A stretch of DNA of 64,000 nucleotides. Origin: an uncultured Alphaproteobacteria bacterium. Its GTDB lineage: Bacteria; Pseudomonadota; Alphaproteobacteria; MPNO01; UBA2964. Where the stretch lies: contig CALSLP010000002.1 in the NCBI GenBank assembly GCA_943787225.1, forward strand, positions 274,648 through 338,647. Direction: 5' to 3'. Below are positions 39,568 to 47,940 of this stretch, piece after piece (positions within the stretch are counted from its first letter, which is position 1; every line of letters begins with the position of its first letter). A program made the position numbers and the translations under genes. The notes beneath the pieces are model-generated. The model saw only the letters and a list, made by a program, of their open reading frames with translations. It was not told the DNA's origin and did no database searches.

Positions 39568-41874
39568 ATGGACATTCTGAAGCCTGACACAGAAATCTTT
39601 GCCAGACCCTCGCGTTTAACTCAGCGTTTCGCCATCCTCGGCGCCATTATTCTCTGCGTGGCGGGTTACCTGATGATGTTAGTCGATAAACGCACGTCTG
39701 ATGCCGACATTAGTAAGTGGGCAGAGGCCAACAACGCTTCGCTAACTCAGGCAATTGCCAATTCAGTATGGCCCCATTTTTCGGGACATCTTGAGTCCGC
39801 TCGATCGAAGCCGGTGGCAGAACTCCGGCAAGCCCCCACGACCCAAAGACTATTTAAAGAAATTCGAACTCTCGTTGCCAGTTTAGGGGTCCTCAAGGTC
39901 AAATTATACGAAACTGGCGGCATGACGGTGTTTTCGACGCAATCGAGTCAGATTGGCGCCAATTACAGCAAGAATCCTCGTTTTCTGAAGTCTCTCAATG
40001 GCGGGTTTGCCAGCCAACTTGAGTTTCGCGAAAAGTTTGGTGCCATTACTGGTCCCCTCACCAAACGCTGGGTTCTATCCAGCTACATCCCTGTCGTCAG
40101 AGGAAGGGACGGGAAACTGCTCGGGGTCGCTGAAATTTATCGAGACGTCACAGTTCAGCGTCAAGATGCCCAACAGAACCGGATCATACGCGCCTCTATA
40201 ATTGGAATAGCGCTCGCCGTCGTTTTTGTTTTCCTTGTTCTCATAGTATGGCGAAGTGATCTGCGCCTCATGGCCTATCATCATAGAGAACTTAATTTAG
40301 TAAAGAATGCCGCGGATGCCGAAGCAAAAAGCCTGGCAAAATCGCAGTTTCTTGCCAATATGAGCCATGAGATGCGAACACCGTTGAATGGTGTACTTGG
40401 CGTGGCGAACATCCTGGCGAAATCCAGGTTAGACGACCGCCAGACAAACCTTGTTAAAACCATCGGAAAATCCGGCCACGCCCTTTTAGCCCTCGTTGAT
40501 GATGTTCTCGATTTTTCAAAAGGCGAAAGTGACTCGCTGAACCTAAACCTTGCGCCCACCAGTATCGTTGATTGCGTCAACGATGTTGTCGATTTGTTAT
40601 CCTATGGGGCTAAAGAGAAAGATATTAATTTCACCAGTGAAATCACAACCGATGAACAAGAAGTACTTTTAGCGGACCCCAAACGACTACGCCAAATTCT
40701 GACAAATCTGATCGGCAACGCGATTAAGTTCACCGAGATTGGGGATGTAAAATTATTTGTCGAACCCAAAGAGAAATCAGGGGCGAAGAGACGTGTTCGG
40801 TTTGCAATTTCGGACACTGGAATTGGCATTCCACGGGATCAGCAGCCCCAAATATTCGACTCTTTTTTTCAAGTTGAGGGCCAGGCCGCTCGTCGATTTG
40901 GTGGCACAGGCCTTGGACTCGCGGTAACGCGCCAGCTCGTCGAGCTGATGGGCGGAGAAATCGGGTTTGATAGCGTTGAGGGAAAAGGATCAACATTCTG
41001 GGTCGAGGTTGAATTCGATATCACGAATGAGCAAGCCGACACCGCTACAGGGCCACAAATACTTGAAATGCCCACAGCTTCACAATCGAGCACTCCCCGG
41101 ATTCTTCTCGCTGAAGACAACGAAATTAACCGCCTGGTCGCTATCGAGGCCCTCCAGGATCTAGGCCACAAAGTGAAGTTTGTGGAGAACGGACAAGATG
41201 CTGTCGATGCCTGGGAACAAGGGGATTATTCTCTGATTTTGATGGATATTCAGATGCCAGGGATGGATGGGTTAGAAGCAACCCGAATAATACGGGAGAA
41301 AGAGCGCCTAAAGGACGGCCAGCCCATACACATTGTAGCCGTCACAGCGAACGCCTTTGAATCGGACCGCGAGAATTGCCTCGCTGCCGGAATGGATGAC
41401 TATTTAAGCAAGCCGTTCGATGACGAGCAGTTAAGTGCACTAATCGATCGTTGGTTGCCACAGACGACGCTGGACGGTGAGACGATAGTTGATGTGGAAA
41501 CGATAGAAGAAACGGGATTGAATCCTGAGGTGGTTCAGCCTTTACGGGTCGGCAAACCTCATTTGTGGAAACGCCTGATAGCCATATACCTTAACAACAC
41601 TCCTGACAGCCTGCAGACTTTGAAACAGGCTTTGGATGAAAGCGATACCACCGCTGTCCAGCTAACAGCCCACACATTGAAATCTTCGAGCGCGAATTTA
41701 GGAGCCACCAATCTATCAGATATGTGCCGACAGCTGGAGGCTATGGCGACAAGCGGAACGTTGGAGGGCGGACACACTTTGTTTGAGGGTATTTTCAGCG
41801 AATTCAAGATCGTTTCCGCTACGCTCGAGCGTGAAAGTGAGGGCGCTGCAACGGCTAAAATGTCAGCGGCTTAA
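39568..41874 (+). CDS. hybrid sensor histidine kinase / response regulator with a C-terminal HPt domain
   Basis: Two TMs flank a periplasmic domain. HisKA MSHEMRTPLNG, HATPase (GTGLGLAV), REC (LILMDIQMPGMDG...KPF) and HPt (HTLKSSSANLGA). Confidence 0.9.
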   Translation: MDILKPDTEIFARPSRLTQRFAILGAIILCVAGYLMMLVDKRTSDADISKWAEANNASLTQAIANSVWPHFSGHLESARSKPVAELRQAPTTQRLFKEIRTLVASLGVLKVKLYETGGMTVFSTQSSQIGANYSKNPRFLKSLNGGFASQLEFREKFGAITGPLTKRWVLSSYIPVVRGRDGKLLGVAEIYRDVTVQRQDAQQNRIIRASIIGIALAVVFVFLVLIVWRSDLRLMAYHHRELNLVKNAADAEAKSLAKSQFLANMSHEMRTPLNGVLGVANILAKSRLDDRQTNLVKTIGKSGHALLALVDDVLDFSKGESDSLNLNLAPTSIVDCVNDVVDLLSYGAKEKDINFTSEITTDEQEVLLADPKRLRQILTNLIGNAIKFTEIGDVKLFVEPKEKSGAKRRVRFAISDTGIGIPRDQQPQIFDSFFQVEGQAARRFGGTGLGLAVTRQLVELMGGEIGFDSVEGKGSTFWVEVEFDITNEQADTATGPQILEMPTASQSSTPRILLAEDNEINRLVAIEALQDLGHKVKFVENGQDAVDAWEQGDYSLILMDIQMPGMDGLEATRIIREKERLKDGQPIHIVAVTANAFESDRENCLAAGMDDYLSKPFDDEQLSALIDRWLPQTTLDGETIVDVETIEETGLNPEVVQPLRVGKPHLWKRLIAIYLNNTPDSLQTLKQALDESDTTAVQLTAHTLKSSSANLGATNLSDMCRQLEAMATSGTLEGGHTLFEGIFSEFKIVSATLERESEGAATAKMSAA

Positions 41875-41958
41875 CGGATGAGTTTGTTACGTTTGGCAAT
41901 GAAACAAACAGCACGCCCCCCCTCCAACAATACACATAAGCGACGTGCAGCAGGTGGC

Positions 41959-42693
41959 TTAATCCCTAACCCGGTTGGCGCCGGGGACGGTCGCCGTATA
42001 ACGCCGCCCTTGACGGGCTCTCATGCCATCCACCGTTGCCGCATAGATCTGCTTGCCTGCCTCCGAAATCAACACACCAGAGAATGTTGGAAAAAGCCGT
42101 TGACCTAGCTGTTCCCAAGCCGGGGCAGAGGCGATCACCATGCGTGACCGGCTCGGCGGCACAAACAACGCGCGCTCGGTTCTGATTGGGGTAAACAACG
42201 TATCACGCAACAACCGATTGAGCTGAGCGGGGCTATAGGGATAGCCGTGTCCAAATGGCGTCCGGTCCATGCGGGCCCAAATGCCACGTCGGTTGGGGAC
42301 GACCACCATCAGACGCCCGCCATCTGCCAACACGCGCCACACCTCGCGCAGCATCGGACGCAATTGTTCACTACATTCCAGTGCATGAACCAGCAACACT
42401 CGATCCATCGACACATCAGGTAATGGAATTTCCGCCTCATCACATAAGGTGACCTTCCCGGCGCCATCACTCGGCCAGTGGAGCACTCCCTGGCGCGCAG
42501 GCATCGCGGCGATAACCCGCTCTGCCTCATCCATAAACGGTAGTAAGTAGGGCGTTGCATAGCCCAGCCCCAAAATACGCTGGCCGGACGTATTGCCCCA
42601 GATATCGCGAACACGCTGACGGATCACCCGCCGGGTCAACTGCCCGAGGCTGGTCCGATAAAAATCGCGTAAATCGACAGCGTCATTCCACAT
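41959..42693 (-). CDS. class I SAM-dependent methyltransferase
   Basis: 244 aa with ILGLGYATPYL and VLLVHALE SAM-fold-like motifs. Divergent from gloB, as in many alphaproteobacteria. Confidence 0.65.
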   Translation of the reverse strand: MWNDAVDLRDFYRTSLGQLTRRVIRQRVRDIWGNTSGQRILGLGYATPYLLPFMDEAERVIAAMPARQGVLHWPSDGAGKVTLCDEAEIPLPDVSMDRVLLVHALECSEQLRPMLREVWRVLADGGRLMVVVPNRRGIWARMDRTPFGHGYPYSPAQLNRLLRDTLFTPIRTERALFVPPSRSRMVIASAPAWEQLGQRLFPTFSGVLISEAGKQIYAATVDGMRARQGRRYTATVPGANRVRD

Positions 42694-42728
42694 AGCCCCA
42701 GTTTAACATACCAAATGCGAAATTGGGT

Positions 42729-42775
42729 CAACCACGCAGTTGGCGCACGCCCCAACCACGTAGTTGGCTCACGCC
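42729..42775. repeat. tandem 23-bp direct repeat, each unit containing a CAAC-N6-GTTG inverted repeat (candidate operator pair)
   Basis: Unit 1 is 42729-42751 CAACCACGCAGTTGGCGCACGCC and unit 2 is 42753-42775 CAACCACGTAGTTGGCTCACGCC. They are 21/23 identical with a 24-bp period. The pair lies in the methyltransferase/gloB divergent promoter. Confidence 0.65.
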
Positions 42776-42832
42776 AATGGCTTTGCTAGGTTGCGGCATC
42801 AAATGTGAATTCGTCCCAGAAGGAAGCAGGCC

Positions 42833-43603
42833 ATGTCGACGCTTGAAATTGAACAAATTCCAACCCGCTCCGATAACTATGTTTACCTGATCAAGGAATC
42901 CGGCCAGGGCAAGGTCGGGGTGGTTGACCCATCCGATGCCGAACCGGTGATCGAAGCGCTCGACCGGCTGGGCTGGACGCTGACCCATATCATCAACACC
43001 CATCATCATAACGACCATACCGGTGGCAATCTTGAGCTGAAGGAAAAATATGGCTGTGAAATTGTTGGGCCGCTGGCCGATCATGACCGGATCGCCGGTA
43101 TCGACATCGATGTCGGCGATGGCGACACCTATACGTTTGGCGACGCGGTCGCCAAAGTCTATGACACGCCAGGCCATACGCGCGGTCATATCGGTTACTG
43201 GTTTGAAGAAAGCAAAGCCCTGTTCTGTGGCGACACTTTGTTCGCCCTCGGCTGCGGTCGCGTGTTCGAAGGCACGTTCGAGCAAATGTGGGACTCGCTG
43301 GGTAAGCTCCGCGCCCTGCCCGATGACACAATGGTCTATTGCGCCCATGAATATACCCAGGCCAATGCTAAATTTGCGGTGACGATTGAGACTGACAATC
43401 AGGCACTGATCGAACGCGCCGCCGAAATTGATGCGCTGCGCGCAGAAAACAAACGCACAGTGCCGTCACTGCTTGGGCTCGAAAAAGAGACCAACCCGTT
43501 CCTGCGTGCCGATGTCGCCTCAGTCGCCGAAGCGGTCGGACTCCCGAATGGCAGCCCGGTAGAAGTCTTCGGGGAAATCCGCACCCGCAAAGATAATTTC
43601 TGA
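42833..43603 (+). CDS. gloB: hydroxyacylglutathione hydrolase (glyoxalase II)
   Basis: THHHNDHTGG metallo-beta-lactamase motif and the PGHTRGHI, CAHEYT and NPFLR motifs; 256 aa. Confidence 0.95.
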   Translation: MSTLEIEQIPTRSDNYVYLIKESGQGKVGVVDPSDAEPVIEALDRLGWTLTHIINTHHHNDHTGGNLELKEKYGCEIVGPLADHDRIAGIDIDVGDGDTYTFGDAVAKVYDTPGHTRGHIGYWFEESKALFCGDTLFALGCGRVFEGTFEQMWDSLGKLRALPDDTMVYCAHEYTQANAKFAVTIETDNQALIERAAEIDALRAENKRTVPSLLGLEKETNPFLRADVASVAEAVGLPNGSPVEVFGEIRTRKDNF

Positions 43604-43617
43604 TCAGGAGAGACGAG

Positions 43618-44223
43618 ATGAAGCTACGTTGGGCACCCGGATCACCATTTGTCCGCAAAGTAACAGTCACCGCTATTGAAGTTGGTCTCGACGACCAGAT
43701 TGAGCGGATGATGACCGAGTATCACAAACCGGATAGCGACATTATCGACCACAATCCGTTGGGCAAGGTGCCGGCGATGATCCTCGACGATGGCGATATC
43801 CTCGTCGAATCAAAGGTTATCTGTGCCTATCTCGATAGCCTGCATGACGGCCACAAGATCATCCCGACCGATCCTGAAATCCGTTTTAAAGTTCTATCTC
43901 TAGAAGCACTGGCTGACGGCATGACCGAGTCAGCAATTAACGTGCAGCGCGAACGAGGCCGCCCGCCGGAAGGCCAATCAGACGCCATCCGCGACAAGCA
44001 ATGGGGCAAGTTCGAACGGGCCATCGACTGGATTAACGCCAATCCACGCGTCCTCGAAGGCCCGCTCAATATCGGACATATCGCTATTGCGACTGGAATC
44101 GGCTGGGTCGAATTCCGCATGAGCGACATCCTCGGGGACTGGAAGGCGCGCTGGCCCATGCTCGGCGCATGGTATGATCAGGTCAGCGAACGCCCGTCAT
44201 TTCAGGCAACCGTTCCTAAATAA
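43618..44223 (+). CDS. glutathione S-transferase
   Basis: N-terminal thioredoxin-like fold (SPFVRKV...GKVPAMILDDGDILVESKVICAYL) and a helical C-terminal domain. Confidence 0.8.
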   Translation: MKLRWAPGSPFVRKVTVTAIEVGLDDQIERMMTEYHKPDSDIIDHNPLGKVPAMILDDGDILVESKVICAYLDSLHDGHKIIPTDPEIRFKVLSLEALADGMTESAINVQRERGRPPEGQSDAIRDKQWGKFERAIDWINANPRVLEGPLNIGHIAIATGIGWVEFRMSDILGDWKARWPMLGAWYDQVSERPSFQATVPK

Positions 44224-44251
44224 ATCCAGCATTAGTCACGAGTCGCCGTGC

Positions 44252-45430
44252 TTAGTTAACTCGTGCTACGCACATGGCGATACCCATGCCGCCGCCGATG
44301 CACAATGTCGCGAGGCCTTTTCCGGCATCGCGCTTTTCCATCTCATACAGCAATGTGGTGAGCACCCGGGCGCCCGAGGCCCCAACCGGGTGACCAATGG
44401 CAATCGCGCCACCGTTTACATTGAGCTTCTCATCATCCCAACCGAGATCCATACCGACGGCTAATGCCTGAGCGGCGAAGGCTTCATTGGCTTCGATCAG
44501 ATCAAGATCATCAACAGTCCAACCAGCCTTATCCAAAGCCGCCCGACTGGCCGGGATTGGCCCCGTACCCATGATGGACGGATCAACGCCCGCCTGCGCC
44601 CAGGAGACAATCCGCGCACGCGGTGAAATTCCACGGTCAGCGGCTTCTTCGGCCGTCATCAACACAAGCGCTGCGGCACCGTCATTAATGCCCGAGGCAT
44701 TTCCGGCGGTTACCGTGCCGTCTTTGGCAAAGGCCGGACGCAATCCACCAAGCGACTCTGCAGTCACGCCAGCGCGCGGATATTCGTCCTGATCAACAAT
44801 GATCTCGCCCTTTCGGGTCTTGATGGTCACCGGGGCGATCTCATCGGCAAACCGATTTGCCGCCTGGGCGGCTTCGGCACGTTGCTGCGACCGCGCCGCA
44901 AACGCATCCTGTTGTTCACGGCTGATCTGCCATTGATTGGCGATATTCTCCGCCGTGCAGCCCATGTGATAGCCGTTAAAGGCATCCCAGAGACCATCGC
45001 GGATCATGGTATCGATCATCTCCGCATCACCCATCTTTTTGCCACCACGCAAATACATGCAGTGCGGTGCCTGGGTCATACTTTCCTGACCACCGGCAAC
45101 GACGATCGATGAGTCACCGCTGGTGATCGCCTGAAAACCGAGGGCGACTGTCTTGAGCCCTGACCCACATAGCTGATTAACGCCATAGGCCGGCACTTCA
45201 ACCGGCAGGCCCGCTTCCATTGCTGCCTGACGTGCAGGGTTTTGCCCCGCCCCTGCTGTCAGGATTTGCCCCATGATGACTTCAGAAACATCTTCCGGCG
45301 CAACACCGGCCCGTTCGAGCGCTGCCTTAATCGCAACAGTGCCAAGCGTCGATGCCGACAGGTCAGCGAAAGCCCCGTTGAAAGTCCCAACCGGCGTCCG
45401 CGCCGCACTCGCAATGACAATATCACTCAT
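44252..45430 (-). CDS. acetyl-CoA C-acetyltransferase (thiolase II)
   Basis: NQLCGSGLK active-site Cys, [17 protein letters not shown] and LCIGGGMG motifs; 392 aa. Confidence 0.95.
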   Translation of the reverse strand: MSDIVIASAARTPVGTFNGAFADLSASTLGTVAIKAALERAGVAPEDVSEVIMGQILTAGAGQNPARQAAMEAGLPVEVPAYGVNQLCGSGLKTVALGFQAITSGDSSIVVAGGQESMTQAPHCMYLRGGKKMGDAEMIDTMIRDGLWDAFNGYHMGCTAENIANQWQISREQQDAFAARSQQRAEAAQAANRFADEIAPVTIKTRKGEIIVDQDEYPRAGVTAESLGGLRPAFAKDGTVTAGNASGINDGAAALVLMTAEEAADRGISPRARIVSWAQAGVDPSIMGTGPIPASRAALDKAGWTVDDLDLIEANEAFAAQALAVGMDLGWDDEKLNVNGGAIAIGHPVGASGARVLTTLLYEMEKRDAGKGLATLCIGGGMGIAMCVARVN

Positions 45431-45585
45431 GGTTTCTGCCCCTCTCCAAACAACGTTTCGTCAGAGCAGTATATAATGCAGGAGATCGCGAGAGGCTATG
45501 GCTTAACGCCGAAGAGGTGGCTCAGCGCCGGTTGAGAAGGCACCGTCGCCGCAAAGCAAGCGTACCGAGTTACCGGTCGGTGAAT

Positions 45586-47316
45586 TTACCCGGCTATGCG
45601 ACGAACCGGCTGGCTTACGATGGCTAACGGTTCTGGGACAGGTAGCTCCGCTTCTTCGCCGTTCCACGGTAGTTCGAGTACCGGCTTACCAAAGGCCCAG
45701 CCCTGAAGGAGTTTAACGCCCTCATCTTTGAGCAGCTGAGCTTGTTCCATCGTTTCAACGCATTCGGCCACGGTCTCGAGATTAAAGTTTCGCGCGAGAT
45801 CAAGCAGCGAGCGGATAAAAATCATATTGGCAGGGTTTTGAACAAGGTCACGGACAAACGCGCCATCAATCTTGACCATATCGACCGACAAAATCTTCAA
45901 ATGACGGAAGGATGTGTAACCGGCACCAAAATCATCCAGGGCAACCTTGCAACCAAGCTTGCGCAAGGTCGCAACAAACCGGGCGCATTCGTCAACGTCT
46001 TCAAGCCCTGCCGTCTCGGTAATCTCGACGATCAGCCGTTCAGCGATACTCCGTTCATTGCGCAGCAAACCGACGATATGGCGCAGCCACGTTTTATCAC
46101 TTGTCGTCAGACCTGAAACATTGATCGCGAGTCGCGCCGTTGGATTCTCGGCCATCACCTTGATAGCAAGATCCAGAACCCGGCGATCAATTAATCGGAT
46201 AAGGCCTAACTCCTCGACAACCTCCATAAACATGCCTGCCGCAACCACCTCTCCATCGGGCTGGATCATGCGCAGGAGGCATTCATGAACGACTGGTTCA
46301 TGCGTATCGCTGGAAACGATGGGTTGATAGGAAAGCACCAGCCGATCATCGTGCAAGGCCTGTTTAACCTGTTCCGCAATTACCATATTTTTGCGGTGGC
46401 TCTCGCGTTGCGCCTCCGTATAACAATAAGCCGACCAGGTATTGCGACCGGAACTCTTAGCATTCTGCAAGGCAATGTCAGCTTTGGTCATCGCATCGCT
46501 GGCGGTCATCGCCGCATCGGGGAATCCGGCAGCACCAATCGAGACCGTTACATGGATAGGACCCGCAGGTGTATCGACCTCGGTATTGCGGGCAACCTCA
46601 AGAAGCTTCTCCGCCGCGATTGGTAATTCAGAACCAGGACAGTTGCTCAAAACCACCCCGAAGCGATCGCCGCCCAATCTGCCAATAATATCGCAGGACC
46701 GTAAACAACGATCGAGCCGGTGCCCCAGTGCAACGATGACGGCATCAGCGATCTCATAGCCAAACGCCTGGTTGACTATATTAATATTGTCGATCCCGAT
46801 AACCAGATAGGCACCAACAACTTTATACCGAGTCCCATAATAGAGTGCTTGATCCAGCGCTTCACGGAGACGGTTTTTATTAAAGTGTCCCGTCAGCTCA
46901 TCATAATTTGCAAGGTATTGTGTTCTTTCATGTTCATCCTTGCGTTGATTGATCGCGCGCATTGTACCACGCAGCCGAACCGGCTTTCCGCCGGGGCCCA
47001 TCTCAGCGACGCCGCGGTCATGAAACCAGCGCTGATCTCCATTGACATCACGCACACGAAACTCGCACTCAAACTCGGTGCTACCCTGATAAAGACAGGA
47101 TATCTGGTCCAGACGTTTGGTCAGGTCTTCGGGATGAATCCGCTGATGAAAAAGCTCACCCGATGAAATCTGATGAAGGCCCGAAATCTGAAAAGCATCA
47201 GTGACACGGCCAAGCCATGTAAACTCATCTGATGGCAAATCCCAGTCATAGACAACATCCCCAGAGGCTGTAATAGCCGCCTGCAGACGTTCTAATTCTG
47301 TAGATGCATCGCTCAT
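45586..47316 (-). CDS. PAS-GGDEF-EAL c-di-GMP signalling protein (degenerate GGDRF; EAL domain apparently intact)
   Basis: PAS region at the N-terminus. The GGDEF-domain motif reads RLGGDRFGV. The EAL-domain motifs are ECLLR, EITE, DDFGAGYTSF, KIDGAF, ECVE and QGWAFGKP. Confidence 0.85.
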   Translation of the reverse strand: MSDASTELERLQAAITASGDVVYDWDLPSDEFTWLGRVTDAFQISGLHQISSGELFHQRIHPEDLTKRLDQISCLYQGSTEFECEFRVRDVNGDQRWFHDRGVAEMGPGGKPVRLRGTMRAINQRKDEHERTQYLANYDELTGHFNKNRLREALDQALYYGTRYKVVGAYLVIGIDNINIVNQAFGYEIADAVIVALGHRLDRCLRSCDIIGRLGGDRFGVVLSNCPGSELPIAAEKLLEVARNTEVDTPAGPIHVTVSIGAAGFPDAAMTASDAMTKADIALQNAKSSGRNTWSAYCYTEAQRESHRKNMVIAEQVKQALHDDRLVLSYQPIVSSDTHEPVVHECLLRMIQPDGEVVAAGMFMEVVEELGLIRLIDRRVLDLAIKVMAENPTARLAINVSGLTTSDKTWLRHIVGLLRNERSIAERLIVEITETAGLEDVDECARFVATLRKLGCKVALDDFGAGYTSFRHLKILSVDMVKIDGAFVRDLVQNPANMIFIRSLLDLARNFNLETVAECVETMEQAQLLKDEGVKLLQGWAFGKPVLELPWNGEEAELPVPEPLAIVSQPVRRIAG

Positions 47317-47406
47317 GTCATGCTTCCTGCATTCATTGATCTCCTACTTGGAGATCCGCTTCTACCAGTCATCCATTGACGACCTTCAGCAACAGAATAG
47401 CCGACG

Positions 47407-47605
47407 ATATATTTCTAATTTGTTAAAGAGATGTATTAATATTTATTAACAAATAAAAATATATTTGGCTAAAACCTTAAATAAATATATTTTTTACTAT
47501 CTAATATTTAATAAATTTATATAGTTAATATTAATTAAGGTTAAGAAAAATAAATTTATATTAAATATTTATTGACATTAATCATCAGTTAACAAATATA
47601 TAAGC
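47407..47605. promoter_or_regulatory. extreme AT-rich intergenic tract with repeated motifs and a sigma70-like TTGACA element
   Basis: By hand count, 25 G/C in 199 nt (about 87 % A+T), against a much more GC-rich surrounding window. AATATTTATT[A/G]AC occurs at 47437 and 47564, TTAACAAATA at 47446 and 47589, and AATAAATTTATAT at 47512 and 47549. Palindrome TTAATATTAA at 47525. TTGACA at 47571-47576 is followed 17-19 nt later by AATATA/TATATA. Confidence 0.55.
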
Positions 47606-47625
47606 CTCAGGTAACGAGGTTTTCT

Positions 47626-47940
47626 GTGAAAATAATTTCTGCGCCCTACACGATCCAGTCGAGCCGGTCGATGAACCCGGCCCAGTCACTCTCGACAACG
47701 GATGATGTTGTTCAGCCGGTCTTTGGGGCCCGGGCAACTGAACGGGATGCAAGATTTTTTCAGACCGACGTGATCGCGCACCAGAGCAACCTCAAAACCA
47801 CCTCCAATTCGACCTACCAGATTTTAAAAATAGCACCCAATGGTGCCCCGGCAACCAAATCATCAGCAGCTGTGAAGGCCTATCGGCAAGCAGAGATGCT
47901 CACCCTGCAACATATCGAGACAAAATCGATAATTCTCTAG
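47626..47940 (+). CDS. hypothetical protein (104 aa, no family recognised)
   Basis: GTG start with GAGG 7 nt upstream. Third-position G/C bias looks like the neighbouring genes. The sequence is S/T/Q/N-rich with no TM helix or signal peptide. Its TAG shares the tetranucleotide CTAG with the convergent prpE stop. Confidence 0.45.
   Translation: MKIISAPYTIQSSRSMNPAQSLSTTDDVVQPVFGARATERDARFFQTDVIAHQSNLKTTSNSTYQILKIAPNGAPATKSSAAVKAYRQAEMLTLQHIETKSIIL

Noticed and set aside
47407-47605. The AT-rich tract as a replication origin, IS remnant or CRISPR leader.
   Set aside because: There are no DnaA-box-like repeats (TTATCCACA-type), no dnaA, dnaN, parAB or hemE neighbours, no terminal inverted repeats or transposase fragment, and no repeat-spacer array.
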